From Gimesia sp. (GTDB lineage Bacteria; Planctomycetota; Planctomycetia; Planctomycetales; Planctomycetaceae): DNA of 64,000 nucleotides. The stretch spans positions 24,518 to 88,517 of the forward strand of contig NZ_JAVJSQ010000018.1 of the NCBI RefSeq assembly GCF_040219335.1, read 5' to 3'. The notes under the pieces are model-generated. The model had not been told where the DNA came from, made no database searches, and was given only the letters and a program-made list of their open reading frames with translations. Made by a program: the position numbers and the translations under genes. Of the stretch, positions 49,774 through 59,700 are shown in pieces. The number at the start of each line of letters is the position of its first letter. The stretch's first letter is position 1.

Positions 49774-51969
49774 ATGAGTCAGGAAACAAACGAACTTGTC
49801 TTCAAAATCCAGGATATGGATTGTGCCGAGGAAGTCACCATTTTAAAAAAGGTAATCGGTCCCCTGGTGGGAGGTGAAGAACACCTGTTCTTTGATATCC
49901 TTAATCGCAGGATGACGATCACCTCCAACGAGCAGACGGTTTCCCGGGACGAAATCATCGTCGCCGTTAAGCAGACCGGCATGCGGGCTGAGCCCTGGGA
50001 TGCTGAGAAAAAAACAGACTCTGCTTCCTTCTGGTCGCGTCACGGAAGAACCGTGGTTACCAGTCTCAGTGGTGCCATGCTGGGCACCGCATTCCTGACA
50101 CACGTATTTCTAGCAGACAGCTTCGGAGCCGCCCTGGGAGCGGAAGAAGCCGCCAAAGGGATAATTCCACTACCGGTCCGCATTCAGTATCTGGTGGCAA
50201 TCGTCACCGGAATCTGGTTCGTGCTGCCCAAAGCCTGGTTCGCTCTGAAACGTTTACGCCCCGACATGAATCTGCTGATGTGCGTGGCGGTGATCGGTGC
50301 ACTGCTCATTGATGAGTGGTTTGAAGCTGCTGCGGTGGCATTCCTGTTCGCTCTTTCTCAACTGCTCGAAGCCTGGAGTGTCGGCAGGGCACGCAGGGCG
50401 GTCGCCGCACTCATGGATCTCTCCCCCACTATTGCCCATGTGCGTGATGCAGACGGAAATGAAAATACAGTCCCGGCGGAATCCGTCTCGGTCGGTACCA
50501 CATTTCTGATTCGTCCCGGTGAAAAAGTTCCACTGGATGGCACAGTGCTCAAAGGCACTAGTGAAGTCAATCAGGCACCGATCACTGGTGAATCGGTGCC
50601 CGTCGATAAACAGGCAGCAGACGAACTGTTTGCTGGCACGATCAATGGAGATGGACTCCTTGAAGCTGAATGTACCAAGCCGGCGGAAAATACAGTCCTG
50701 GCACAGATTATCCGTATGGTGGGAGAAGCCCAGTCCCGCCGCTCTCCTTCTGAACTCTGGGTGGAGAAATTCGCCAGAGTCTACACGCCCATCGTGATGG
50801 CACTCGCGCTGCTGGTTCTCCTCGGCCTCCCAGTGCTCCTTCAGGTCAGCTGGCACAATGCCATGTATCGTGCTCTGCTGCTGCTGGTCATCGCCTGCCC
50901 CTGTGCTTTGGTGATATCCACTCCGGTCAGTATCGTCGCTGCCCTGGCGGCAGCCGCCCGCAACGGTGTGCTTATCAAAGGAGGCGTGTTTGTGGAAACG
51001 CCCTCCCGTCTGCGGGCACTCGCATTAGACAAAACCGGAACACTAACTCGGGGGAAGCCGGTCGTCACGAAAATCGTTCCCCTCAATGGCCATGCCGAAT
51101 CGGAACTGTTGGAACGGGCAGCCGCCCTGGAATCGCACAGTAATCATCCCCTCGCGCTGGCCATCCTGGAAGCGGCGGAGGAACAGCAGATCGTATATGA
51201 AATGGCCGACAACTATCAGATCATCCAGGGAAAAGGAGCCACCGGGACTTTGAAAGGCCGAGAGTTCTGGCTGGGATCACATCGCTACCTGGAAGAACGG
51301 ATCGAAGATACTTCCGCAGTCCACGAGCAGCTGGAAGTTCTCTCCAATAGCGGTCAGACCGTGGTGGTAGTTGGAGATGAATCGCATGTCTGCGGCTTCA
51401 TCGCCTTAGCAGATCGCGTGCGGGAGACTTCAGCTGAAGTCATTCGCGAGCTGCACGCATCCGGAATCGAAGAGCTCGTCATGCTCACTGGAGACAACCA
51501 GGGTACCGCCCGCGCCGTTGCTGACGAAGTCGGCATGGATCAGGTATATGCAGAGCTGTTGCCGGAAGACAAGCTCCGCATCATTGAAACACTCGTCGAT
51601 GATTACGAGCATGTCGCCATGGTGGGAGACGGTGTCAACGATGCCCCGGCGATGGGACGCTCCAGCCTGGGCATTGCCATGGGAGCCGCAGGCAGTGATG
51701 TCGCCATCGAATCGGCAGACATCGCCCTGATGACCGATGACCTGACAAAAATCCCGTGGCTGATCGGTCATTCCCATAAGGCTCTGGGCATTATACGTCA
51801 GAACATCATCTTCGCTCTGAGCATCAAGGTCCTGTTCGTGATTCTGATGGTCTTGAACCACGCCTCGCTCTGGGCCGCCATCGCCGCCGACATGGGCGCG
51901 TCCCTGCTTGTCATTTTCAACGGCCTGCGACTGCTTCAGCTTCCCGCAGAAAACAAACAGTCCAACTGA
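49774..51969 (+). CDS. Heavy-metal translocating P1B-type ATPase (Zn/Cd/Pb-type CPC pump)
   Basis: HMA-like N-terminus, ACPCALVISTP, DKTGTLT, GDGVNDAPA. ATG at 49774 chosen. Confidence 0.9.
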   Translation: MSQETNELVFKIQDMDCAEEVTILKKVIGPLVGGEEHLFFDILNRRMTITSNEQTVSRDEIIVAVKQTGMRAEPWDAEKKTDSASFWSRHGRTVVTSLSGAMLGTAFLTHVFLADSFGAALGAEEAAKGIIPLPVRIQYLVAIVTGIWFVLPKAWFALKRLRPDMNLLMCVAVIGALLIDEWFEAAAVAFLFALSQLLEAWSVGRARRAVAALMDLSPTIAHVRDADGNENTVPAESVSVGTTFLIRPGEKVPLDGTVLKGTSEVNQAPITGESVPVDKQAADELFAGTINGDGLLEAECTKPAENTVLAQIIRMVGEAQSRRSPSELWVEKFARVYTPIVMALALLVLLGLPVLLQVSWHNAMYRALLLLVIACPCALVISTPVSIVAALAAAARNGVLIKGGVFVETPSRLRALALDKTGTLTRGKPVVTKIVPLNGHAESELLERAAALESHSNHPLALAILEAAEEQQIVYEMADNYQIIQGKGATGTLKGREFWLGSHRYLEERIEDTSAVHEQLEVLSNSGQTVVVVGDESHVCGFIALADRVRETSAEVIRELHASGIEELVMLTGDNQGTARAVADEVGMDQVYAELLPEDKLRIIETLVDDYEHVAMVGDGVNDAPAMGRSSLGIAMGAAGSDVAIESADIALMTDDLTKIPWLIGHSHKALGIIRQNIIFALSIKVLFVILMVLNHASLWAAIAADMGASLLVIFNGLRLLQLPAENKQSN

Positions 51970-52240
51970 ATTCCGGTCTCCTGTCAGTGGGGGTGGTTGC
52001 TGCGACTGGTAAAGCTTCCATCCGGTGTCTCTTTACTGGTAATCGCGTTAGAAATCTGATCGAGCTGTTTGCGATAGATCTCATCAGCAAAGCCAGCGTC
52101 TGAATATGTCGTTGCTACGATCTCTGCGGCTGCAGTCAGAAAGTCACAGGGGAAAAGTTCCCCTTGCAGGTCATATGCTCACGGAGAATCTCTCCTGATC
52201 GAGAGCGGTATGGTTGCAGCATCTTAGCAGTTGGTCTATT

Positions 52241-52260
52241 ATATTCGAAATATCGAATAT
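52241..52260. promoter_or_regulatory. Candidate ArsR/SmtB operator palindrome
   Basis: ATATTCGA-aata-TCGAATAT perfect inverted repeat 30 nt upstream of the arsR-like ATG. A third half-site-like cgaata is at 52262-52267. Confidence 0.5.
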
Positions 52261-52290
52261 GCGAATACTGACTAATTAAACAGGGACGCC

Positions 52291-52680
52291 ATGCTGGAAA
52301 CACAGGCAGCAGCAGAAGTATTAAAGGCCTTTTCCCATCCCACAAGACTGTCCATCCTGCAGGAACTGCTGGCAGGTCCTAAATGTGTAACGGACATGGA
52401 AGAGCTGTTACCGGCACGACAGGCAAACATCTCACAGCATCTGGGTGTGCTGCGGCATGCAAAGCTGGTTGATTATGCCCAGGACGGCGCACTCCGCTGC
52501 TATTATCTGTCTCGTCCTCGACTGGTCAAAGACATGTTGGCGTTAGTCGGCCGAGACGAGCCTATCGTAAAACGGACACCTGAAGAAATTCAGGCCCATA
52601 AATCGCGACTGGAAAAAGCCCGCCAGCGGGAAAAAAGTGCAAAGTCCTCAGGAAACACTCGTCAGCAGGCGACACAATGA
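52291..52680 (+). CDS. ArsR/SmtB-family metalloregulator
   Basis: FSHPTRLSILQELLAGPKCVTDMEELLPARQANISQHLGVLRHAKLV winged HTH. Confidence 0.9.
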   Translation: MLETQAAAEVLKAFSHPTRLSILQELLAGPKCVTDMEELLPARQANISQHLGVLRHAKLVDYAQDGALRCYYLSRPRLVKDMLALVGRDEPIVKRTPEEIQAHKSRLEKARQREKSAKSSGNTRQQATQ

Positions 52681-53819
52681 AAGAGCAGATCTATCTGGAT
52701 TTCAACGCAACGACACCCCTGGCAGATCAGGTTGCCGAGGCGATGAAGCCATATCTGCGCGAGGCACACGGTAATCCATCCAGCCTGCATTGGGCAGGTT
52801 TCCCGGCTCGTGATGCGATTGAAAAAGCCCGTTCACAGGTCGCGTCGCTGTTAAGCTGTGATGCGACGGAAATTGTGTTTACTTCCGGCGGAAGTGAGGC
52901 TAATAACCAGGCGTTGAAAGGAATCTATTTCGCGAGAAATTCTGATATTTCAGCTCCTCACTTTATAACCAGTCAGATCGAACATCCAGCGATACTTGAG
53001 CCCTGCCATTTTCTGCAGTCATTGGGGGCTGAGCTGACCTGTGTACCCGTTGACGGTCAGGGGCTGGTCGATCCGGTCGACGTACGACGGGCGATCCGAA
53101 AAAACACGGTTCTGATTTCAGTCATGCACGCGAACAATGAAGTCGGCACAATCCAGCCGATTGAAGAGATTGCAGCAATCGCCAGGGAAAATGGAATCCC
53201 CTGTCACACAGACGCCGCTCAGTCAGTCGGAAAGATTCCGGTCGACGTGGATGCACTGGGCGTCGATTTGCTGACTGTTGCTGGACACAAGCTCTATGGG
53301 CCCAAGGGAGTGGGAGCGTTGTATGTAAGCGAAGGGTTAGAGCTGGAGCCACTCATGCATGGAGCAGGGCATGAAGCCGGTCGCCGAGCCGGGACAGAAA
53401 ATATTCTGGAGATCGTCGGACTGGGAACTGCCTGCGATCTCGCCCGGCAGGCCCTGGAGCAAACACAGAGCAGGGAACTCCGCGATGATTTCTGGCAGAA
53501 GCTGAAGTCCGCATTCGGTGATAATGTTGTGCTGAATGGCCATCCGGAACTCCATTTGCCGAACACACTCAACGTCAGTTTCCCTGGTCATATCGGGGGA
53601 GAAATATTAGCTCGACTCCCCTGGCTGGCAGCATCCACAGGTTCAGCCTGTCACGCAGGGAGCGTGGAGATCAGCCCGGTACTGGCAGCGATGGGAGTCT
53701 CACAAGAGATCGGTCTGGGGGCCGTCCGATTCAGCCTGGGACGCACTACCACTCAAGCCGAAATTGATCAAGTCCTGGAAGGGCTGATCCAGATCATGGC
53801 CAAGAGTGCAGAACAATAA
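52677..53819 (+). CDS. Cysteine desulfurase (NifS/IscS, class V aminotransferase)
   Basis: IYLDFNATTP, GGSEANN, PLP-Lys region AGHKLYGPKG, catalytic loop STGSACHAG. The start overlaps the arsR-like stop (ATGA). Confidence 0.9.
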   Translation: MKEQIYLDFNATTPLADQVAEAMKPYLREAHGNPSSLHWAGFPARDAIEKARSQVASLLSCDATEIVFTSGGSEANNQALKGIYFARNSDISAPHFITSQIEHPAILEPCHFLQSLGAELTCVPVDGQGLVDPVDVRRAIRKNTVLISVMHANNEVGTIQPIEEIAAIARENGIPCHTDAAQSVGKIPVDVDALGVDLLTVAGHKLYGPKGVGALYVSEGLELEPLMHGAGHEAGRRAGTENILEIVGLGTACDLARQALEQTQSRELRDDFWQKLKSAFGDNVVLNGHPELHLPNTLNVSFPGHIGGEILARLPWLAASTGSACHAGSVEISPVLAAMGVSQEIGLGAVRFSLGRTTTQAEIDQVLEGLIQIMAKSAEQ

Positions 53820-53859
53820 GATTTAGACCTGTATTTACCATAATGAATAAGAAAGGATA

Positions 53860-54270
53860 ATGAATTCAATGAATGCTATGAAACCGTTACAGCTGGCTCT
53901 GTTCACCGCAGGATTACTCGTGAACACATTGAGCGGCGCAGAGCCTACCGATGATTCGCTGGCGACAGTCAAAAAAAATGTAGAGAAGGACAAAGCGGTC
54001 CTCGTGGACGTGCGTGAGAAGGGGGAGTGGGACAATGGTCACATCGCAGGTGCGACCTTTCTTCCACTTAGTGAATTGCGTAATGGAATCTCTAAATCTG
54101 CATTAGCAAAGAGGATTTCCAAAGATCAGATCATCTATACGCATTGTGCCGTCGGGATTCGCTCCTGCAGAGCAGCGGACTACCTGTTGAAACACGGCTA
54201 CGACGTGCGTCCACTCAAACCTGGCTATAAGGATCTGGTTGCGGCCGGATTTAAGAAGGCCAAAGAATAA
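53860..54270 (+). CDS. Rhodanese-domain sulfurtransferase, secreted
   Basis: Signal peptide, VLVDVREKGEWDNGHIAGA, active-site loop HCAVGIRS. Confidence 0.85.
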   Translation: MNSMNAMKPLQLALFTAGLLVNTLSGAEPTDDSLATVKKNVEKDKAVLVDVREKGEWDNGHIAGATFLPLSELRNGISKSALAKRISKDQIIYTHCAVGIRSCRAADYLLKHGYDVRPLKPGYKDLVAAGFKKAKE

Positions 54271-54302
54271 CCGGTCTGATAAATCTATTCGAGGAGACTG
54301 TC

Positions 54303-54656
54303 ATGGCAAGCTATCTGGTCATTCTCAATGGACCACCCTATGGCAACGAGCATTCTTACAATGGTCTCCGGCTTGCCGGCAGTCTCGTTCGGAAGGCGGG
54401 AAACGAGGTGAAAGTCTTTCTCCTGGGAGATGCTGCAGCGTGTGCCAGGTCAGGTCAGAAAGTCCCGCAGGGATACTACAATCTGGAACTCATGTTGCAG
54501 CAGTTTCATAAGCATGGGGGAGAGGTAGGTGTCTGTGCATCCTGCATGGATGCACGGGCCGTCACCGAGGATGAACTCATCAAAGGTTGTCAGCGCAGCA
54601 GTCTGGACGAACTTACGAACTGGACCATGGACGCCGACAAGGTACTCGTTTTCTAA
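54303..54656 (+). CDS. DsrE/DsrF-family sulfur-relay-like protein
   Basis: YLVILNGPPYGNEHSYNGLRLAGSL...VKVFLLGDAA...VCASCMDARA. Confidence 0.75.
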   Translation: MASYLVILNGPPYGNEHSYNGLRLAGSLVRKAGNEVKVFLLGDAAACARSGQKVPQGYYNLELMLQQFHKHGGEVGVCASCMDARAVTEDELIKGCQRSSLDELTNWTMDADKVLVF

Positions 54657-54735
54657 GTCAGCACAATCTATTTTTGACAGCCTCTCTCCCGAAATTCGCA
54701 ACTCACCGGAATTCTTTTTCTCAGCGAGTCAACTA

Positions 54736-55671
54736 ATGGATAATGTAGAGCCTACAACAGTGGTCATCGTCAGACTGGCCTGTTTCCTGTCGATCCTGAT
54801 CGGGATGGCGGTCTGGGAGCTGTTTGTACCTCGACGAAAGTTGGTGGCTGGCAAGCCCTGGCGCTGGACCAGTAATCTCAGCCTGGTGGTACTGAATGGA
54901 ACGCTGGTTCGAATCTTCATTCCAGTTACGGCTGTCGCGGCAGCAATGTATGCTGGTGACCATGAATACGGTCTGTTTTACATCGTCGACTGGCCGTTCT
55001 GGCTGGAGGTCTTGCTGGCCCTGATTGCCTTCGGCCTGGCAATCTATCTTCAGCATGTGATGTTCCACGCCGTGCCCCTGTTCTGGCGTCTGCACATGGC
55101 ACATCATGCGGACCTGGACTTTGATGTGACCACCGGACTGCGATTTCATACCCTGGAAATTCTGCTCTCATCCCTGATTAAATTGTCCGTAGTGCTGGTA
55201 CTCGGCCCACCCGTCATTGCGGTCGTTGCCTTTGAAATTCTGCTGAACGCAACCAGCATGTTCAACCACAGTAATATAAAATTACCGAAACAGTTTGATC
55301 GGTTATTGAGGTGGTTCGTCGTCACTCCCGACATGCATCGGGTGCACCACTCGGTCATCCACCGAGAGACAAACAGTAACTTCGGTTTTAATCTGCCGTG
55401 GTGGGATTACCTTTTAGGAACCTACCGTCCGCAACCGCAAGAGGGCCATGAACTGATGGAAGTCGGCGTGACGACTTTCACCGATGAACGGCAGGTTGAC
55501 CGCCTGCCAGGCATGTTGCTGCTGCCCTTTCACCGTGGTACATCAGGTCTGTTGCACACAGACAAGGCGGGACACAGTCAACCAACTGGTGACAGGAATC
55601 CGGAACGTGGTTTGTCGGATGACAATTCTAGAGGAGCCCTTGATGATAAGGAGATAAGAAGCGTTTCCTGA
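54736..55671 (+). CDS. Fatty-acid hydroxylase/sterol-desaturase-family membrane protein
   Basis: His boxes HVMFH, HMAHH and HRVHH within a 4-TM body. Start trimmed to ATG at 54736 to remove the overlap with the DsrE-like gene. Confidence 0.8.
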   Translation: MDNVEPTTVVIVRLACFLSILIGMAVWELFVPRRKLVAGKPWRWTSNLSLVVLNGTLVRIFIPVTAVAAAMYAGDHEYGLFYIVDWPFWLEVLLALIAFGLAIYLQHVMFHAVPLFWRLHMAHHADLDFDVTTGLRFHTLEILLSSLIKLSVVLVLGPPVIAVVAFEILLNATSMFNHSNIKLPKQFDRLLRWFVVTPDMHRVHHSVIHRETNSNFGFNLPWWDYLLGTYRPQPQEGHELMEVGVTTFTDERQVDRLPGMLLLPFHRGTSGLLHTDKAGHSQPTGDRNPERGLSDDNSRGALDDKEIRSVS

Positions 55672-56001
55672 CAGGCACTATACCACGGTCCCACAGGATA
55701 TGCTGAATGAGGCTGTATTATGGTTGGGTGATGAGCTTGGTGTAAAAGATATTTTTAATGAGCAGAAGAAATCTGTTGGGTAGAGCCAAAGGAGGCTACG
55801 AAACTGTCCGCAGCCTCACGATATATCGGCTTGATTCGCTCGTTTTTCTCGGGGAGCGAGGCAGGGCCGGCAAAGAGGGAATCAGACCACTTGCCACATG
55901 GGCGGCGCAGTCCAACTCCGGCAGGTGTGGCATCCCCCCACCAGTTAAGATGCGTGGCTTACAGGATCTGGGCAAATTTATGTAAGTGGATTGCAAAAAG
56001 A

Positions 56002-56051
56002 CACCTTGCTTTGGGAGCAAGAGGTCGCACGTTCGAATCGTGTCGCCCCGA
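56002..56051 (+). tRNA. tRNA-Pro(UGG) 3' fragment (anticodon arm to discriminator; 5' acceptor strand and D-arm absent)
   Basis: Anticodon arm cttgc-tttggga-gcaag (anticodon TGG, U33, G37), variable aggtc, T-arm gcacg-ttcgaat-cgtgt, then acceptor 3' strand cgccccg + a. No cggggcg or D-arm in the 100 nt upstream. Confidence 0.7.
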
Positions 56052-56093
56052 CTTTTAAACCCTTTCTGATAATGGGTTTATGGAATCGGAAAA

Positions 56094-56125
56094 TGGTCCA
56101 CTACCTACTGATCGGTAGTGGTCCA
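56094..56125. other. Stem-loop related in sequence to the 34275-34302 hairpin
   Basis: tggtccactacc / ggtagtggtcca (one mismatch). aaatgg(t)ccact(t)acc is shared with 34271-34285. Confidence 0.55.
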
Positions 56126-56538
56126 GTACGTGGTCCGTTATTCTGTGATTTTCTGTGTAAGATTACACCCTCTGAGACGCCCAGAATCGCTTCTCTAGCT
56201 CCTCGATCCCAACCGTAGGCATTCTCTCGCATTCTGCCCCTAAAACGCTCCTGAAGGCCTCTCAGGAGGCACATCGGTGATGAGCACCTCTGACGCCAGA
56301 AAAGATTTGACTGTCTGGTCACAGTAGGCGAAATTGAACATGTCTGTTCAGTGCGTATATTCTTAAATGCCCTGGACTCAGTTTTTAGTGCACTCTGCGC
56401 GATCGTAATTGCGCGTGATTTTCAGAGAATGATGGGATGAATCGCTAAGGGTCGGTCAGTTGTAACTGTATATCATGTTTGTTACTGTTATACGTCTGCA
56501 TACGTGTGTTCCCCACCATTTCAAAATAACTTAGGTAA

Positions 56539-56756
56539 ATGTCACCAACAGATGAGTATCTGTTGGTGGAATAGGTTGCGGAGCTGCTGGGAGTTTCGGC
56601 GAATACCAAACAGGCGTGGGCTGCTTCCGCAAAACTGCAGGAATATCGCCTCCGGTCAACAACTACTGACTCCTCAATAAGACAGATTTTGAAAAACTGG
56701 AGACTCAGGTCACCAATCCTCGACCAGTCAGGTCACAAGAACGAAAAGCAAAGTAG
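56539..56756 (+). pseudogene. Decayed excisionase/MerR-type HTH gene
   Basis: MSPTDEYLLVE*VAELLGVSANTKQAWAASAKLQEYR has an in-frame TAG at 56572. After a frameshift it continues as PVNNY*LLNKTDFEKLETQV. This is the usual pattern of small helix-turn-helix excisionase-family proteins. Confidence 0.6.
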
Positions 56757-56760
56757 CCAC

Positions 56761-59700
56761 ATGGTCCGATTGGAAGAAATCACGAAGGACGCGACCGTTA
56801 AAGGCATTCTCGCCAATGCGGCTGTGAAGATCATCGACGCGAAGCTGATCGGCTCAAATGCGTTGAAGGTTGTCTACGAAGCACCCGATGGGGCGACTGA
56901 TCAAGAAATCCTGTACCGTGATCGCGAGCCAACATTGGAACTTGTTGAATCTGGTCGACCGTGGAGCTTCACTGGGGATGGCAATCTCTTTCGTCTCGCC
57001 TCCGAGGCGTTGCGTATCCAGCTTGCGTATCTTTTTGACCCGGTGCTAGCGGTTCACTCTTCACTGGTCGAACCGTTACCGCATCAGATTACCGCGGTTT
57101 ATGAAGAGATGCTAACGCGGCAGCCTCTGCGTTTTTTGCTTGCCGATGATCCTGGAGCAGGAAAGACGATCATGGCCGGCCTACTGATCAAAGAGCTGAT
57201 CGTTCGCGGCGACCTCAAACGCTGTATGATCGTTGCACCGGGGAATCTAGTCGAGCAATGGCAAGACGAACTCAGCGACAAGTTCCAACTACCTTTCGAA
57301 ATCATGACTAACGACAAGTTCGAGTCGGCCTACAGCGGCAACTGGTTTTTGGAAAACGACTTGGTTATTTGCCGCCTCGACAAGCTTAGCCGAAATGAGT
57401 CAATTCAGGACAAACTAAAGGTTACGGACTGGGATCTGATTGTCGTTGACGAAGCTCATAAGATGTCCGCTTCTCTATTTGGTGGTGAGGTTAAGGAAAC
57501 CAAACGGCACAAGCTCGGGTTACTCCTACGAGAATTGACAAGGCACTTCCTGCTGATGTCCGCCACTCCTCACAACGGCAAGGAAGAAGATTTTCAGTTG
57601 TTTATGCGGCTACTCGACAGTGATCGTTTCGAAGGTTCATACGATCCAGCACGTCACAGTTGTGACGCCAGCGACATGATGCGGAGGATGGTGAAAGAAG
57701 ATCTGCTGAAGTTCGACGAAACACGACTATTCCCGGAACGAAAAGCTTATACTGTCGATTACAAGTTGAGCGATACCGAAGAAACCCTGTATGCGGAAGT
57801 GACAGAGTATGTTCGCAAGGAGTTTGACCGTGCGAAGGCTCTTGAAAATGATGGGCGAAAAGGAACGGTCGGCTTTGCGTTGACGATTCTTCAAAGACGT
57901 CTCGCATCGTCACCTGAAGCAATCTTCCAGTCGCTGCGCCGTCGGCGCGAGCGTCTCGAAAGTCGTCGCGAGGAGGTTAAGTTGCTGAAACGCGGAGGGG
58001 CGGCACAGATCGATTTTGATAAGAGTCTGCCATTACTCGAATCAGACGATGACGTTGAAGATTTCGAGGATCGACCAGGAGAAGAATTCGAGGATGCAGA
58101 GGAGAACATCCTCGATCAGGCGACCGCAGCGCAAACCATCTCTGAACTCGAATTGGAAATTGAACGACTCAAAGAGCTGGAAAATTTAGCAGGTGCCGTT
58201 CGCAGCAGCGGGAAAGATAAGAAGTGGGAGCAATTATCCTCGCTGCTTCAAGAAAATGAGCACATGTTTGATGAGCATGGGAATCGTCGTAAGCTAGTAA
58301 TTTTCACTGAACATCGTGACACACTAGGCTATCTGCAAGATCGAATCACGAATTTGTTGGGAATACCGGAAGCTGTGGTAACGATCAGCGGCGGCATGCT
58401 GCGCGAATATCGCAAGGATGCTCAGGATCGATTCACACAAGACAAAGAAACGTTGGTCATGATCGCCACAGATGCTGCTGGGGAAGGTATCAACCTGCAG
58501 CAAGCACACTTAATGGTCAACTACGACCTGCCGTGGAACCCGAACCGACTGGAGCAGCGATTCGGACGAATCCACCGTATAGGACAAACTAAGGTTTGCC
58601 ATCTTTGGAATCTTGTTGCCGGTGACACTCGCGAAGGTGATGTCTTTCGTAGACTACTCGAAAAGCTCGATGTAGAGCGCGACGCGTTAGGTGGAGCCGT
58701 CTTCGATGTACTCGGAAAGGCTATCGAGGGTCGTCGGCTACGTGACCTTCTCCAGGAAGCAATTCTGTATGGCAACCAGCCGGATGTCAAAGCCAAGCTG
58801 AAGGAAAAGGTCGAAGGCGCACTAGATCATGCTCGTTTGCGGGAACTGATCGAGGACCGCTCACTGGAACATGAGTCGATGGACACTTCGCGAGTGCGAG
58901 AAATTCGAGCCAAGATGGAACGCGCGAACGCGAGGCGATTGCAGCCTTACTTCATCGCTTCGTTCTTCCGCGACGCGTTTGCGCATCTAGGCGGAAAGCT
59001 AAAGGAGCGAGAGAACAAGAGGTTTGAAATCTCGCACGTGCCAGCGGATATTCGCAACCGGGACCGGCAAATTGGAACTCGCAATAAAGTGCAACGAAAG
59101 TACGAACGGATCACGTTCGACAAGTCTCTCATCAATGTCGAAGGTCAGCGGCAGGCCGCCTTCGTCTGTCCAGGACATCCGCTACTCGACACCTGCATCG
59201 ACCTGATCTTGGAGAGATACCGCGATCTGCTTAAGCAAGGTGCGATTCTCATCGATGAAACTAATTCATCCGAGGATGTTAGCGCCTTGTTCTACCTTGA
59301 GCACACGATTCAGGATGGTCGGATAACAGGAAACGGTGTTCGTCGTGCCGTCAGCCGTCAGTTACAGTTCGTAGCAATCGATCGCCAAGACAATGTCCAT
59401 TCTGCCGGATATGCGCCATACCTTGATTACCGACCGGCGACAGAAGAGGAGGGCAACGCTATCCAGCCGCTTCTCGACGAGGAATGGCTGACGCGAGATA
59501 TGGAAGAGCTGGCGATTGAGTACGCCATCTCCGAACTTGTTCCTCGCCATGTCCGGGAAATGCGTGGACAAAAAGACGCGCTGATCGACAAAACAAAGCG
59601 GGCCGTCACTGAACGGCTCACAAAGGAATACATGCACTGGGATAACCGGGCGCAGCAACTAAAAGCTCAAGAAGAAGCGGGTAAGACTCCTAGGCTGAAT

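Noticed and set aside
55841-56051. Possible tmRNA (ssrA). The evidence was a ggggagcgagg-like 5' end about 200 nt upstream of the T-arm/acceptor-like 3' end.
   Set aside because: The 5' strand pairs with the 3' acceptor strand for only 5 bp and then mismatches. 200 nt is too short. No reading frame ends in an Ala-rich tag before a stop. The 3' part is fully explained as a tRNA-Pro anticodon arm + T-arm + acceptor.
56101-56322. Search for a tyrosine-integrase remnant between the tRNA fragment and the excisionase-like pseudogene.
   Set aside because: None of the six frames shows the R..H..R..Y region or other integrase motifs. Only short uninformative ORFs are present.
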